A model generated the notes under the pieces. That model was not told the DNA's origin. It worked only from the letters and a program-made list of their open reading frames with translations, and did not search any database. A stretch of DNA of 64,000 bases from a virus (taxonomy: Duplodnaviria; Heunggongvirae; Uroviricota; Caudoviricetes): the IMG/VR virus record IMGVR_UViG_3300042868_014220; one strand, 5' to 3'. Position numbers and translations under genes: made by a program. Shown piece by piece: positions 17,238 to 26,470 of the stretch; within the stretch, counting starts at the first letter, position 1; every line of letters starts with the position of its first letter.

Positions 17238-18137
17238 TTATTTCTTTTTAAATTGTTCAAACCATTTATTAAATACTCCTATAAGAATATTATTTCTACC
17301 CATAGCATAAGCATCTTTAGCTATTACTTCAACTTCTTCCTCACTATACATTCTTTCTTTTTGCCAATTAGTACCTTCTAAAAACATATCTTTCCAATAT
17401 TCACTATCTTGCGGTGGATGGTATGGATACTTTTCATATAATAATTTAGTAGCCGCTTCTTCAATTGTTTCTTGTAAAGGTTCACAATCACAAGTTATAG
17501 TATGACCACAATAACATTTAATTTGTTTTTCTTGTGGAACCACAGCACTTATTCTTGTACCACTTAACTGATAAAACTCAGAGACTTGTAATAAGTAACC
17601 GGCTTGTTCTGATGTTAAGTTTTCAAATCTTATATGTTTATTGTGAAACAGAACATCTATAGTGGCTTTATCATTTATTACAATATCTTTGCAAGGATTA
17701 GGTTCTTCTTGTGGAATGATGATTTTGTAACCTAAATTCATCGGTTCTTCTAAATCAAATCCCCAATTACTATTTGGAATAGAGTCAATATTAATTGTAT
17801 CACAACTTGGATTCTTTACAAACCATTCTAAATATTCTTCATCAATCTCTTGAACACCATCTTTGATAAGGTCTGGGTCTGTTGTTAAAATGATTTTTTT
17901 ATCAAAACTTTGTGGCTGTAATAACAATCCATTTTTTGGATGATGTTTAATTATTTTTTTAGTATTAACTTGAACAAACCAATCTCCTCCTTTAATTTCT
18001 TCATCAGAAGTGATGTAGATGTGAAATCCTTTAAATTCCCCGTATCTAATTTTTTCTATAATGGAAAAGTGTAATCCATTTTTTGACTCGAATATACCTG
18101 TTGGTTTATCTGTTGGTATTAAATGTATGTTTTTCAT
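17238..18137 (-). CDS. Hypothetical protein with C-terminal ETIEEAA domain (paralog 3)
   Basis: C-terminus ...QETIEEAATKLLYEKYPY...WFEQFKKK. Confidence 0.55.
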   Translation of the reverse strand: MKNIHLIPTDKPTGIFESKNGLHFSIIEKIRYGEFKGFHIYITSDEEIKGGDWFVQVNTKKIIKHHPKNGLLLQPQSFDKKIILTTDPDLIKDGVQEIDEEYLEWFVKNPSCDTINIDSIPNSNWGFDLEEPMNLGYKIIIPQEEPNPCKDIVINDKATIDVLFHNKHIRFENLTSEQAGYLLQVSEFYQLSGTRISAVVPQEKQIKCYCGHTITCDCEPLQETIEEAATKLLYEKYPYHPPQDSEYWKDMFLEGTNWQKERMYSEEEVEVIAKDAYAMGRNNILIGVFNKWFEQFKKK

Positions 18138-18198
18138 ATTAAATTATTGTTTAGCAAAGATACATTCTTTATTTTTATCCACCAAATTTATTTTATTG

Positions 18199-18288
18199 TA
18201 GTCAGGACAGGATTCGAACCTATAATCCGTTCTATCACCGTTTCTAGGGGATTCGAACCCCGATAGATAGGACAACCGTCACCTGACT
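18199..18288 (-). other. tRNA-like element with two T-arm modules (double-T-arm), shares acceptor AGTCAGG/CCTGACT with Leu-like genes
   Basis: Hairpins CGGGG-TTCGAAT-CCCCT and ATAGG-TTCGAAT-CCTGT; no D-arm or anticodon arm. Confidence 0.35.
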
Positions 18289-18294
18289 ATATTT

Positions 18295-18558
18295 TTACGT
18301 TACAATTGTGTTATGAATTTCATTGAAGGTGTATCTCTTTTTTACATATTCCACATCCTCCTTAAAAATATCCTCCACTGTTTTTATTTTTTTGTAAATC
18401 TCAGGACACATATACTTTTTACCCAAAGAATGACCTTCAACTAAATTCCAAGATTTTTCTCTAGACCACCAACTTTTAAATTTCCATTCATAGACGGAAT
18501 ATTGATAACAATTGGCTATGGTGTTATCGACAATCGTTAATTTATATATTTTATCCAT
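18295..18558 (-). CDS. Hypothetical protein
   Basis: ORF. Confidence 0.45.
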   Translation of the reverse strand: MDKIYKLTIVDNTIANCYQYSVYEWKFKSWWSREKSWNLVEGHSLGKKYMCPEIYKKIKTVEDIFKEDVEYVKKRYTFNEIHNTIVT

Positions 18559-18572
18559 ATTTTTCTTTTTTG

Positions 18573-18702
18573 CAGTCAGGACAGGACTCGAACCTGTATA
18601 TCAACCTCTGCGACAGAGCAATTCTTATTATATGGTGCGACCCATTTTTATTATTGTTGTAGTTGACTATCTCTGTAGCGTCTACCATTCCGCCACCTGA
18701 CT
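18573..18702 (-). tRNA. tRNA-Leu-like gene carrying ~43-nt insertion in anticodon loop region (130 nt)
   Basis: Acceptor AGTCAGG/CCTGACT, Leu-type D-arm TGGCGGAATGGTAGACGC, anticodon stem ACAGAG/CTCTGT enclosing 43 nt, variable arm, T-arm ACAGG-TTCGAGT-CCTGT. Confidence 0.45.
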
Positions 18703-18850
18703 ATGTTATTTTATAACTTTAACGTATTGTGTATGAAACCAATGAGGTTCGTTTCTATGTACGTAAAAGCCGTAAAGTAATAATGATGTAAAAAATATCA
18801 TCAATACAACAACTTTTAATTTATCTTTTGTGTCTGTTTTCATAATACTT

Positions 18851-19069
18851 TTAATAGGTTTTAAGTTTGATTGTATCTCCCTCAAAATATTGTTTACTTG
18901 AAAAGATTACACCTGTTTGTGTTGTATCTTGTAAGTTTTTCACCTCGTATTTGTATTGACCGTCACTAACGGTTTGACAACACAATACTAAAAATAATTT
19001 AATTGCTATTATTGTTTTCATTTGTGAGTACAAAAGTAACACTATTAAATCAATTTTCCAAATGGTCAA
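18851..19069 (-). CDS. Small secreted hypothetical protein
   Basis: Short ORF with hydrophobic N-terminus. Confidence 0.35.
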   Translation of the reverse strand: MTIWKIDLIVLLLYSQMKTIIAIKLFLVLCCQTVSDGQYKYEVKNLQDTTQTGVIFSSKQYFEGDTIKLKTY

Positions 19070-19105
19070 AAAAAAAACTCTTAAAAAGAGTTTTTATTTA
19101 ATATT

Positions 19106-19699
19106 TTACCAAGTCCTACATGCCCAATATCTTGGTTTCCATCTTGGACCAGGAGTATCACATTTCATACGAGCTCTAAATGATTTTCTTCTTGCAGGGT
19201 TATTCTTTTTAATTGTCATTCTTTCACCGTGAGCGGATTTTCCACCAAAACCAAAGTTTACCTTAACAACCTTACCTTTATCATTTTTAACATATACCTT
19301 GGATTTCTTAACATCACCTTGCATTATTTTTCCCAATTGGACTTTTCTACCCTGATATTCCGCCTCAGTCAATAAGTCACCAACAACAAAGTTGGTCTCT
19401 TCCACCGAACCAAATTCATCCTCATATAAAGTTTCATTTTTGGGTTTAATACCCTTCTTCTTCATATTGATGGCAATTGCCGCTTGTTGTGCGGGACTTG
19501 AAGCTTCATCTGTTTCTCCAACAGATTCTTTTTTAACACAATTTGGATATTTTTTACCAAACATAGTTTTCATTCCCTTTTGAGTATAACCTTTCCAACA
19601 AGCTTCAGTGATTTCAGTTTCCTTACCTTTTTGTTCTTGGAGAACACGATTAACCAAATTAATTAAATCAGATTCAGTTAGTTTTATTATTTTTCCCAT
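19106..19699 (-). CDS. Hypothetical protein with N-terminal KLTESDL motif and basic Cys/Trp C-terminus
   Basis: MGKIIKLTESDLINLVNRVLQEQ... Confidence 0.55.
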   Translation of the reverse strand: MGKIIKLTESDLINLVNRVLQEQKGKETEITEACWKGYTQKGMKTMFGKKYPNCVKKESVGETDEASSPAQQAAIAINMKKKGIKPKNETLYEDEFGSVEETNFVVGDLLTEAEYQGRKVQLGKIMQGDVKKSKVYVKNDKGKVVKVNFGFGGKSAHGERMTIKKNNPARRKSFRARMKCDTPGPRWKPRYWACRTW

Positions 19700-19737
19700 A
19701 AAATTGTTATTTAATAATAAATATCCTGATTAGATAA

Positions 19738-20046
19738 TTATAACTCTACTCCGTCTCTAATCTCTTCAACTATATTTGATTTACGTTGTTGTATCATCAT
19801 TAATAACTTATCAAGATTTTCGGATTCCTCAATGGTATATTCATTTTCTATCTTGTAAATTTGACCATCATTACCATCTAAATGTAATATGATACCTTTT
19901 GTTGTTGTAATCGTTGGAGAATAATATTCTACAAGATTTTTTGTATCCATCACGGTGGTCCCACCACACGATTGAACTTCTCCTTTGTTTACACTACCAT
20001 ACTTGGTAAAATGTATGTATTTTGACCCTGGTTTAAAATTTGACAT
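19738..20046 (-). CDS. Hypothetical protein (start trimmed to MMSNFKPG)
   Basis: ORF; upstream extension overlaps next gene. Confidence 0.45.
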   Translation of the reverse strand: MSNFKPGSKYIHFTKYGSVNKGEVQSCGGTTVMDTKNLVEYYSPTITTTKGIILHLDGNDGQIYKIENEYTIEESENLDKLLMMIQQRKSNIVEEIRDGVEL

Positions 20047-20050
20047 CATA

Positions 20051-20319
20051 TTATTTATCTGTTTTATGTATTGAATTTTTGCAATTTCCTTTGTGTGTTC
20101 CCCAAGCACTATTAGTCCCTCCATTTACCTCAATATACTCACAACCGTCTAATGTGTAATTTTGGTAATATCTCTCGTATAGTTCAATAGACGTATCAAG
20201 TTCCTTAATCTCAATTGGTTTTGACACCGTGTTATCATTCTTGTCTTTTTTATCACCGATAAAATCATCACAACTATACATGAGGATTAAAACCGATAGA
20301 ATCATTATTCCGTATTTCA
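20051..20319 (-). CDS. Small lipoprotein (start trimmed to MKYGIMILSVLILMYSC)
   Basis: Signal peptide with lipobox; track ORF N-extension is antisense of tRNA-like element. Confidence 0.5.
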
Positions 20320-20334
20320 TATTTTCTTTATTTG

Positions 20335-20411
20335 TGGGCCTAGAGGGATTTGAACCCCCGTGTAACCAGCTACGCTTTCTACGCATTATGAGTGCGAGGC
20401 GATATAGGCCC
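20335..20411 (-). other. Degenerate tRNA-like element (intact acceptor and T-arm, possible CAT anticodon loop, D-arm missing)
   Basis: Acceptor GGGCCTA/TAGGCCC, T-arm GGGGG-TTCAAAT-CCCTC. Confidence 0.3.
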
Positions 20412-20623
20412 AATTGGATATCACCAAATTACCAAATCACCACTGATGTTATCCCAATCATCTTCAAGGAAGTGTGGTGGTTCGTTTTCTAAACCATCCA
20501 TTAATGTCACATCCCATTCTTTCATTTCTTCTAACTCTTCAAAGTTGTAAGAAAACTTTTCAATTTTAATTGTTGGGTCGTTTTTCATTTTAATTTAAGT
20601 TGTTTTTAATTAAATATACAACA

Positions 20624-20899
20624 TTAAGGTTCCATTAAACCTTTATCAATTAATTGTTTCTCATATTTCTGACACTTAAGACAAGTTTCAAAATGAACAC
20701 AAGAAGAACACATATCAAAGTAAACTGTATCTCTTCCTGATGGAACAATCACAGTTTCAATTTTAGGTGTTGGTGTTTCTGTTGGATTAAGTTTGGTATA
20801 TAAGTATTCACCAATAAATGAAGAAAACATAAATAGAGCACATAGAAGTGCTGTAACAATTACCATTCCCAATGTTTGTTTGTGGTTTAAATCTTTCAT
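20624..20899 (-). CDS. Small membrane protein with Cys cluster
   Basis: TM helix then CSSCVHFETCLKC. Confidence 0.45.
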   Translation of the reverse strand: MKDLNHKQTLGMVIVTALLCALFMFSSFIGEYLYTKLNPTETPTPKIETVIVPSGRDTVYFDMCSSCVHFETCLKCQKYEKQLIDKGLMEP

Positions 20900-21104
20900 C
20901 TTATTTAATACTTCTCATTTTACCCTCAATCCTCATCATTTTCTCTTGAATATCTTGTAATGCTTGCATCATAGCAAGTTGATTTTCAATTGTCATTTCA
21001 GTTATGTCACTTGAACCAATCTTCAAGTGTTCTCTTGTCTTATCAATGTTTTCCGATAAATTTTTCATAGTGCAAATATATGATTAAAAAATGTAATTCC
21101 AAAT

Positions 21105-21515
21105 TTAATTTACGGTATGAACCCATTGAACCCTAACACAGTTTTGAGGTAATCTGTTAATGTGTCGGTAATTGTTAATGTAACCCATCATATTGGCACT
21201 CCCAATAGCATTTGCAGAGTGAACAACAACCTCAACAACAGGACTTCCATCCATCCATTTCTCTACCAACCATTTCGTGCAATCCATACCCGTCTTTTCG
21301 GTAATGTTGTTATAATCTAAGGTGTAATTCTCATACACATTTTTATGCCATTCCGCCATTGCAGTGTCGCCCAAGTCGTGGTCCAAAGAAATTAATTCAA
21401 TATTCTCCAATCCAATTTCATTAATTTTATCTACGAACTCTTCGTAGTTTCTAACAACAACCCAATCTTTATCAATCGGAGTGCGAACATCATCTAAGTA
21501 TATTTTGTATTTCAT
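21105..21515 (-). CDS. Hypothetical; receiver-domain-like (LDHDLG) protein
   Basis: MKYKIYLDDVRTP...LISLDHDLGDT pattern. Confidence 0.45.
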   Translation of the reverse strand: MKYKIYLDDVRTPIDKDWVVVRNYEEFVDKINEIGLENIELISLDHDLGDTAMAEWHKNVYENYTLDYNNITEKTGMDCTKWLVEKWMDGSPVVEVVVHSANAIGSANMMGYINNYRHINRLPQNCVRVQWVHTVN

Positions 21516-21516
21516 A

Positions 21517-21918
21517 TTATTTTTCTTTAACTATTTCAATTAATTTTTTAAGACAAGCAAGTTCTGCTTCTTCGTAAGTATTATAAGTTTCTTCAGAATA
21601 GATGTAAGTATTTTTGTCTAAATAAATAATAGAGTACATCCACTTTTTAGTATCATTTTTTCTATTTGCACTAATACCTACATCATTTAATAAATCATGT
21701 TTTTCTCTAAACCATCTAAATGCTTGTTGGTAAAGTGGTGTTGAAATGGTAAACATAGAACCAATGTTATAAAATTCATCAAGTGAATCATATTGTTTAT
21801 CGTCAGCAAACTTCCAATCTTTTCCATTTAGTGTGTAATAATATCCAAAACATTGTTCATCAAATCCAAGTTCTTTTAACGCTAACGCTTGTTCGTAAGG
21901 TATAAATTCTTTATTCAT
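21517..21918 (-). CDS. Hypothetical protein
   Basis: ORF. Confidence 0.5.
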   Translation of the reverse strand: MNKEFIPYEQALALKELGFDEQCFGYYYTLNGKDWKFADDKQYDSLDEFYNIGSMFTISTPLYQQAFRWFREKHDLLNDVGISANRKNDTKKWMYSIIYLDKNTYIYSEETYNTYEEAELACLKKLIEIVKEK

Positions 21919-21987
21919 GCCACAAATGTAATAAAATTTTTTGGTTTTGGAATTAAAATTGACTATTCTTCTAAAAAAATTAAGAAG

Positions 21988-22473
21988 ATGAGTGGAGTAT
22001 TAGTGTTGAATTATGATTATACACCCCTAAATATAACTTCTACAAGGAGGGGTTTTATACTTGTAGATAAAGGTAAGGCTGAGATTATCAAGTCAGATGA
22101 AACACCTATTGCAGGTGGATATAATAACTATGTTAGACCATTAATCATCAGGTTGTTGAGTTACATAAAATTCCATACCCGACTTATCAGAGTTAATAGG
22201 TCAAGAATTTATAAAAGAGATAATCACCAATGCGTATATTGTGATTCAAAGAAACAATTAACCTTGGACCACGTTATCCCTAAGTCTAGGGGTGGTAGTA
22301 ATGATTGGACTAACTTGGTAACCTGTTGTTTTAAATGTAACCTTAAAAAAGGTAATAGAACTCCTGAAGAAGCAAAGATGACAATGAGTGTAAAACCATT
22401 TGTCCCATCATTATTAAATGATAACGGAGCATTAAATAAAATTTGGAACGATTATCAAAACTCATTTGTATAA
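21988..22473 (+). CDS. HNH endonuclease (start trimmed to MSGVLVL)
   Basis: CVYCDSKKQLTLDHVIPKSRGGSNDWTNLVTCCFKCNLKKGNR canonical HNH. Confidence 0.75.
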   Translation: MSGVLVLNYDYTPLNITSTRRGFILVDKGKAEIIKSDETPIAGGYNNYVRPLIIRLLSYIKFHTRLIRVNRSRIYKRDNHQCVYCDSKKQLTLDHVIPKSRGGSNDWTNLVTCCFKCNLKKGNRTPEEAKMTMSVKPFVPSLLNDNGALNKIWNDYQNSFV

Positions 22474-22513
22474 TTGAAAATAAATGATTAAACTTATAAA
22501 AAATATATAATAT

Positions 22514-22819
22514 ATGGAAAATTACGTAACCCCAGAGGAGCAAGGACGACCAGACCAACCTCAAGATTTATTAAACGCATCAATGTTATTTGCAAGAGCA
22601 TTGGGATTAATCTTCAAAGAAGATGAAGGTATTGTTGTTGATGTTAAAGGTGATGTCAAATTAGCTGACGATGTTAAAAAAGTAATCGTGTTCAAACAAA
22701 ACGACCAAATTCACATTTTTAAATGTGAAGAAGATGTAGAAGAAGGTATGATGGTTAACTTAGGTCCAAATCCTGATGAAACACCTGAAATGCCAGAAAC
22801 ACCACAAACTGAACAATAA
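22514..22819 (+). CDS. Small acidic protein
   Basis: Asp/Glu-rich ORF. Confidence 0.45.
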   Translation: MENYVTPEEQGRPDQPQDLLNASMLFARALGLIFKEDEGIVVDVKGDVKLADDVKKVIVFKQNDQIHIFKCEEDVEEGMMVNLGPNPDETPEMPETPQTEQ

Positions 22820-22872
22820 TTTTGTCAGTTTAAAATCTTTCAACTATATTTGCACCAACAAAAAAGAATAAT

Positions 22873-23553
22873 ATGAATTACGGAAAAGAATTTCAATCGT
22901 TTTACACAGGACATTTAGGTAAACCATCATCACATTTAGATTACTTTGCAAAAAGTATTGAATCATCAATGACTCCATATATTTTGGAAGAAAGGGAAAT
23001 GAGGGTTACTCAAATGGATATCTTCTCAAGATTAATGAGAGACAGACTATTATGGGTCGCAGGACCTGTCAATGATAATATGTCCACTATCGTTCAAGCT
23101 CAGTTAATGTTCTTGGATTCAACGGATAAAGCGGACATTACAATGCACATTGACTCTCCTGGTGGAAGTGTTAAATCGGGTTTGTCTATGGTTGATGTTA
23201 TGGAGTATATCTCTTGTGATATCAGGACTGTTAACACGGGTATGGCGGCTTCAATGGGTTCAGTACTATTAGGTGCAGGTACCAAAGGAAAACGTTCATC
23301 TCTGAAGTTCTCACGAACAATGTTACACCAATCATCAGGCGGTGCTGAGGGTAACATCCAAGACGCTCGTATTAGCTTCATAGAGTGGGAGAAAATTAAC
23401 AAAACTCTGTTTGATTTGTTGGGTTCTTATTGTAACAAAACTGCAGAACAAGTTATGGAAGATGCGTCTCGTGATTTGTGGTTGGATTCTAGCGAGGCAT
23501 TGACCTACGGAATTATTGACGAAATTGTTAAAACAAAAAAGAAGGGTAATTAA
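22873..23553 (+). CDS. clpP: ClpP-family serine protease
   Basis: GMAASMGS (Ser), MLHQSSGG (His), overall ClpP alignment. Confidence 0.8.
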   Translation: MNYGKEFQSFYTGHLGKPSSHLDYFAKSIESSMTPYILEEREMRVTQMDIFSRLMRDRLLWVAGPVNDNMSTIVQAQLMFLDSTDKADITMHIDSPGGSVKSGLSMVDVMEYISCDIRTVNTGMAASMGSVLLGAGTKGKRSSLKFSRTMLHQSSGGAEGNIQDARISFIEWEKINKTLFDLLGSYCNKTAEQVMEDASRDLWLDSSEALTYGIIDEIVKTKKKGN

Positions 23554-23614
23554 CCCTTCTTTTCCGAGATTTGGACACCCCCTTTTGTTTTATTTCTCGT
23601 TTATATTCAAGAAC

Positions 23615-23650
23615 TTTCGTTCTTAGAATCTCTTTGGAACCTTCAGTTAT
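23615..23650. terminator. Hairpin cagttacataactg-type terminator between convergent genes
   Basis: Inverted repeat followed by T-run. Confidence 0.4.
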
Positions 23651-24303
23651 GTAACTGAGGGTTTTATTTTTTCGGCAACTTTTTCTGCATTATCGGTAAA
23701 TTTACCGACTAACGAACAAATTGTATTCTCTAATCCTTTTTCTAAACCACCGACAAATTCAATGTTACGTATAACATCTGCCATAGTATTTCTAATTAAA
23801 TCGTAACCAGGAGCAGAAAACCCTTTTTCTTCTTGTATCGTTTTTACAATACTTTCAACAATACCACCAGCAACTAATTTTGTCATTAACTTACAATCAC
23901 TAAATGATTTAATAATATCAGATGGTCTTGAAGTTAAATATGATACTAGAAAATTTCTAATATAACCCTGATTTAGTCCAACTCCACCTAATATTTTTTC
24001 AATAAATGGTTCTACTAAAGTTTGTGTTACATTACCAAACGCTCCACCAAATAATGATTTTAAAATTGAGCTAAAGTCTATTTCAAGTAATAATCCATTT
24101 TTTTCCAAAAATGACATTTCTTGTAAGAATTTAATGCTTAATTTTAGTTTTTTATCGTCAGATAAATTATTAAAATCCTCAACACTTTTTACGTTTTCTA
24201 TAATCATAGAAAGTCTGTTTTTGATTAAAGTTTCTTCAATCAATTTTTTTTCTTTTCTTTCTTTGGTCTCAATCAAGGACTTTTTTATTTTTTTATCTAA
24301 CAT
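23647..24303 (-). CDS. Hypothetical protein
   Basis: ORF. Confidence 0.5.
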   Translation of the reverse strand: MLDKKIKKSLIETKERKEKKLIEETLIKNRLSMIIENVKSVEDFNNLSDDKKLKLSIKFLQEMSFLEKNGLLLEIDFSSILKSLFGGAFGNVTQTLVEPFIEKILGGVGLNQGYIRNFLVSYLTSRPSDIIKSFSDCKLMTKLVAGGIVESIVKTIQEEKGFSAPGYDLIRNTMADVIRNIEFVGGLEKGLENTICSLVGKFTDNAEKVAEKIKPSVT

Positions 24304-24322
24304 AATTAAATGTGTTATATTA

Positions 24323-25357
24323 TTATAATGCCCACTTATCTTTTTTAGCTGGTGTTGCAGAAGAATCGGGTGTTCCTGAATCTGTTGTAGGTGTAACCGC
24401 TGGTGTTTGTAATTTAGCGATTTTACCTTTAGTAATACCTAAATCATTATAATTAAGATTATTAGTAATACAAGCCTTAACAGCTATCTTCCAATTTTGT
24501 AACACTGCATTATCAACATAAGCCTTTCTTTCTTTGGAAACACTATATTTTTCGATAATATCTCTACAAGTTTTTCTATCACGATAATTGTTAGTTTTTA
24601 CTAATTGATTAAGTTCTTTAATTAAAACATCTATATCAATTGATTGTATTGGTTTAACTAATTTGTAACTTACCTTGAAATCCTCAGGGTAATCGTCCAT
24701 TAAGTCAAGACTTATATATTTATCCGCTTCAGCAGGATTTAATTTACCTCCAATATCTTGCCAACCTGCATTTAGATATGTTTTGATTATATTTTTCTGT
24801 TGAGGACTTTGAGTTTGTCTTAATCCAGTTTTTTTCCAAATAAAATAATCAGTGAATATAATATCTTTAAACTTATCTTCGGTTTTAAGATTAACTTTCT
24901 CCCATTCTTTTTTTGCTAATTGGTCGGCAGTTGGTTCTTCTTTTTTATATAATGGTTCAGGACCCTTATTATAAAAATTAATTAAATCATCAACACTTTT
25001 TTGTTGTTGAGGTGTTAATTTCGGTACCTCTTTACTATTTTGACCTATGTTATCACATTTCCAGTTACCACTAGCACTTCCATCGGTAAAACTGTATGTC
25101 ATGTCAGCAAAAAAATCAACGGTTTTATTTGGGTCTTTAGCACTTGCTTTACGATAATATGACTTACCTGTTGATTGACTTTTTCTCAATGAACCATTAG
25201 TTAAACATCCCGCGGCAATAGCACTTTTAAGTTTTGTTATATCAAGGTCTTCTGTTGCAGCAACTTCTTGTTCAACAATAATTGGACGATTATTTTTCAT
25301 CTTAGAATGCATTTCCAAGATACTTTTAGCTTCTTCAGTCGTAATTTTAAATCTCAT
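24323..25357 (-). CDS. Hypothetical protein (N-terminal ITTEEAKSIL motif)
   Basis: ORF. Confidence 0.5.
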   Translation of the reverse strand: MRFKITTEEAKSILEMHSKMKNNRPIIVEQEVAATEDLDITKLKSAIAAGCLTNGSLRKSQSTGKSYYRKASAKDPNKTVDFFADMTYSFTDGSASGNWKCDNIGQNSKEVPKLTPQQQKSVDDLINFYNKGPEPLYKKEEPTADQLAKKEWEKVNLKTEDKFKDIIFTDYFIWKKTGLRQTQSPQQKNIIKTYLNAGWQDIGGKLNPAEADKYISLDLMDDYPEDFKVSYKLVKPIQSIDIDVLIKELNQLVKTNNYRDRKTCRDIIEKYSVSKERKAYVDNAVLQNWKIAVKACITNNLNYNDLGITKGKIAKLQTPAVTPTTDSGTPDSSATPAKKDKWAL

Positions 25358-25359
25358 TT

Positions 25360-26439
25360 TTAAATTTGGTTAGGGTCTTTATCTTCAATTTCTACACTGT
25401 CAGGGTCTACAACAGGTTTAGGTTTAGTTTTACATATTATATCAACATCTGCATCTGTGAAAAAAGTTCTTCCTGATTCTCTCAATTTTGTATCGGTATT
25501 TGAACCATATTTACCATCAACAACTAATCCTAAACATGCCTGTACTTTACCAATTGGACCAGATGGGTCTGTCATACACCCTTTCTTATAAGGATTACAA
25601 TTTGATTTCCATCTTTGTTCTGGGTTAGGTTTTGGTTTAGGGTTAGGTTTTTTTTCTCCAGTTAAATCACTATCATCTATTTGCTCACTTAATTTTTTTT
25701 TTACGATTGACTCGGCAATAAAAGAAACTTTAGAACCTTGACATGAAACCCTCTTACCTGTTGATGTCCCGTCAGATTTCTTAACTCTGCCGTCAGCAAA
25801 TACTTGATATTGACCGCCTGATGTACCTTTAATTAAAATGTATACATAATTGTTTGCGTTTTTACGAACTGTTTGGTCAACATTACCATCGGAATCAAAA
25901 ATACAAGGATAATTCTTCTTAAACCAGTTAATATTTTTTTGTTCTGTACTATTAACTGCTAATTTAGACTCTTTGTCAGTCTTATATTTCATAGCTGAAA
26001 ATGTTTCCATTAATTCTGCTAACTCTTCGTCAGACAATTCTTCAACAAGTTGAGTTGCAAAATCGCCATATCCCGCATCTTCAAATTCTTTTTTAACATT
26101 ACATAAGTCATCATAATTACCTTTAATCATTTTGGATGCTTGACTTCTCCATAATGAATCGTCTGTACCACCCATAAAACCAAGTGTTTCATAGTTAAAT
26201 GACCTGTTGAATGCGGATGCAATTGCTGCGGCATCTACTGTACCTTCAGCTTCTGCACGACCACTACATCCATTTAATATTTTTTGAACTGATATTTCAG
26301 TTTTAGTGTCAATACTATCTTCTTTAAGTAGCGATTTAAGTTTTTGTTCATTTTCCGTTAAAGTATTTGAAGGGTCGTATCCCATCATTAACTTAGCTCT
26401 TTTTAAGGCCTCTTTAGGGCTGTATTTAGGTTGTATCAT
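25360..26439 (-). CDS. Hypothetical protein
   Basis: ORF. Confidence 0.5.
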   Translation of the reverse strand: MIQPKYSPKEALKRAKLMMGYDPSNTLTENEQKLKSLLKEDSIDTKTEISVQKILNGCSGRAEAEGTVDAAAIASAFNRSFNYETLGFMGGTDDSLWRSQASKMIKGNYDDLCNVKKEFEDAGYGDFATQLVEELSDEELAELMETFSAMKYKTDKESKLAVNSTEQKNINWFKKNYPCIFDSDGNVDQTVRKNANNYVYILIKGTSGGQYQVFADGRVKKSDGTSTGKRVSCQGSKVSFIAESIVKKKLSEQIDDSDLTGEKKPNPKPKPNPEQRWKSNCNPYKKGCMTDPSGPIGKVQACLGLVVDGKYGSNTDTKLRESGRTFFTDADVDIICKTKPKPVVDPDSVEIEDKDPNQI

Positions 26440-26470
26440 AGTCTTTTTTTTTTATATAAATATATCGTTA

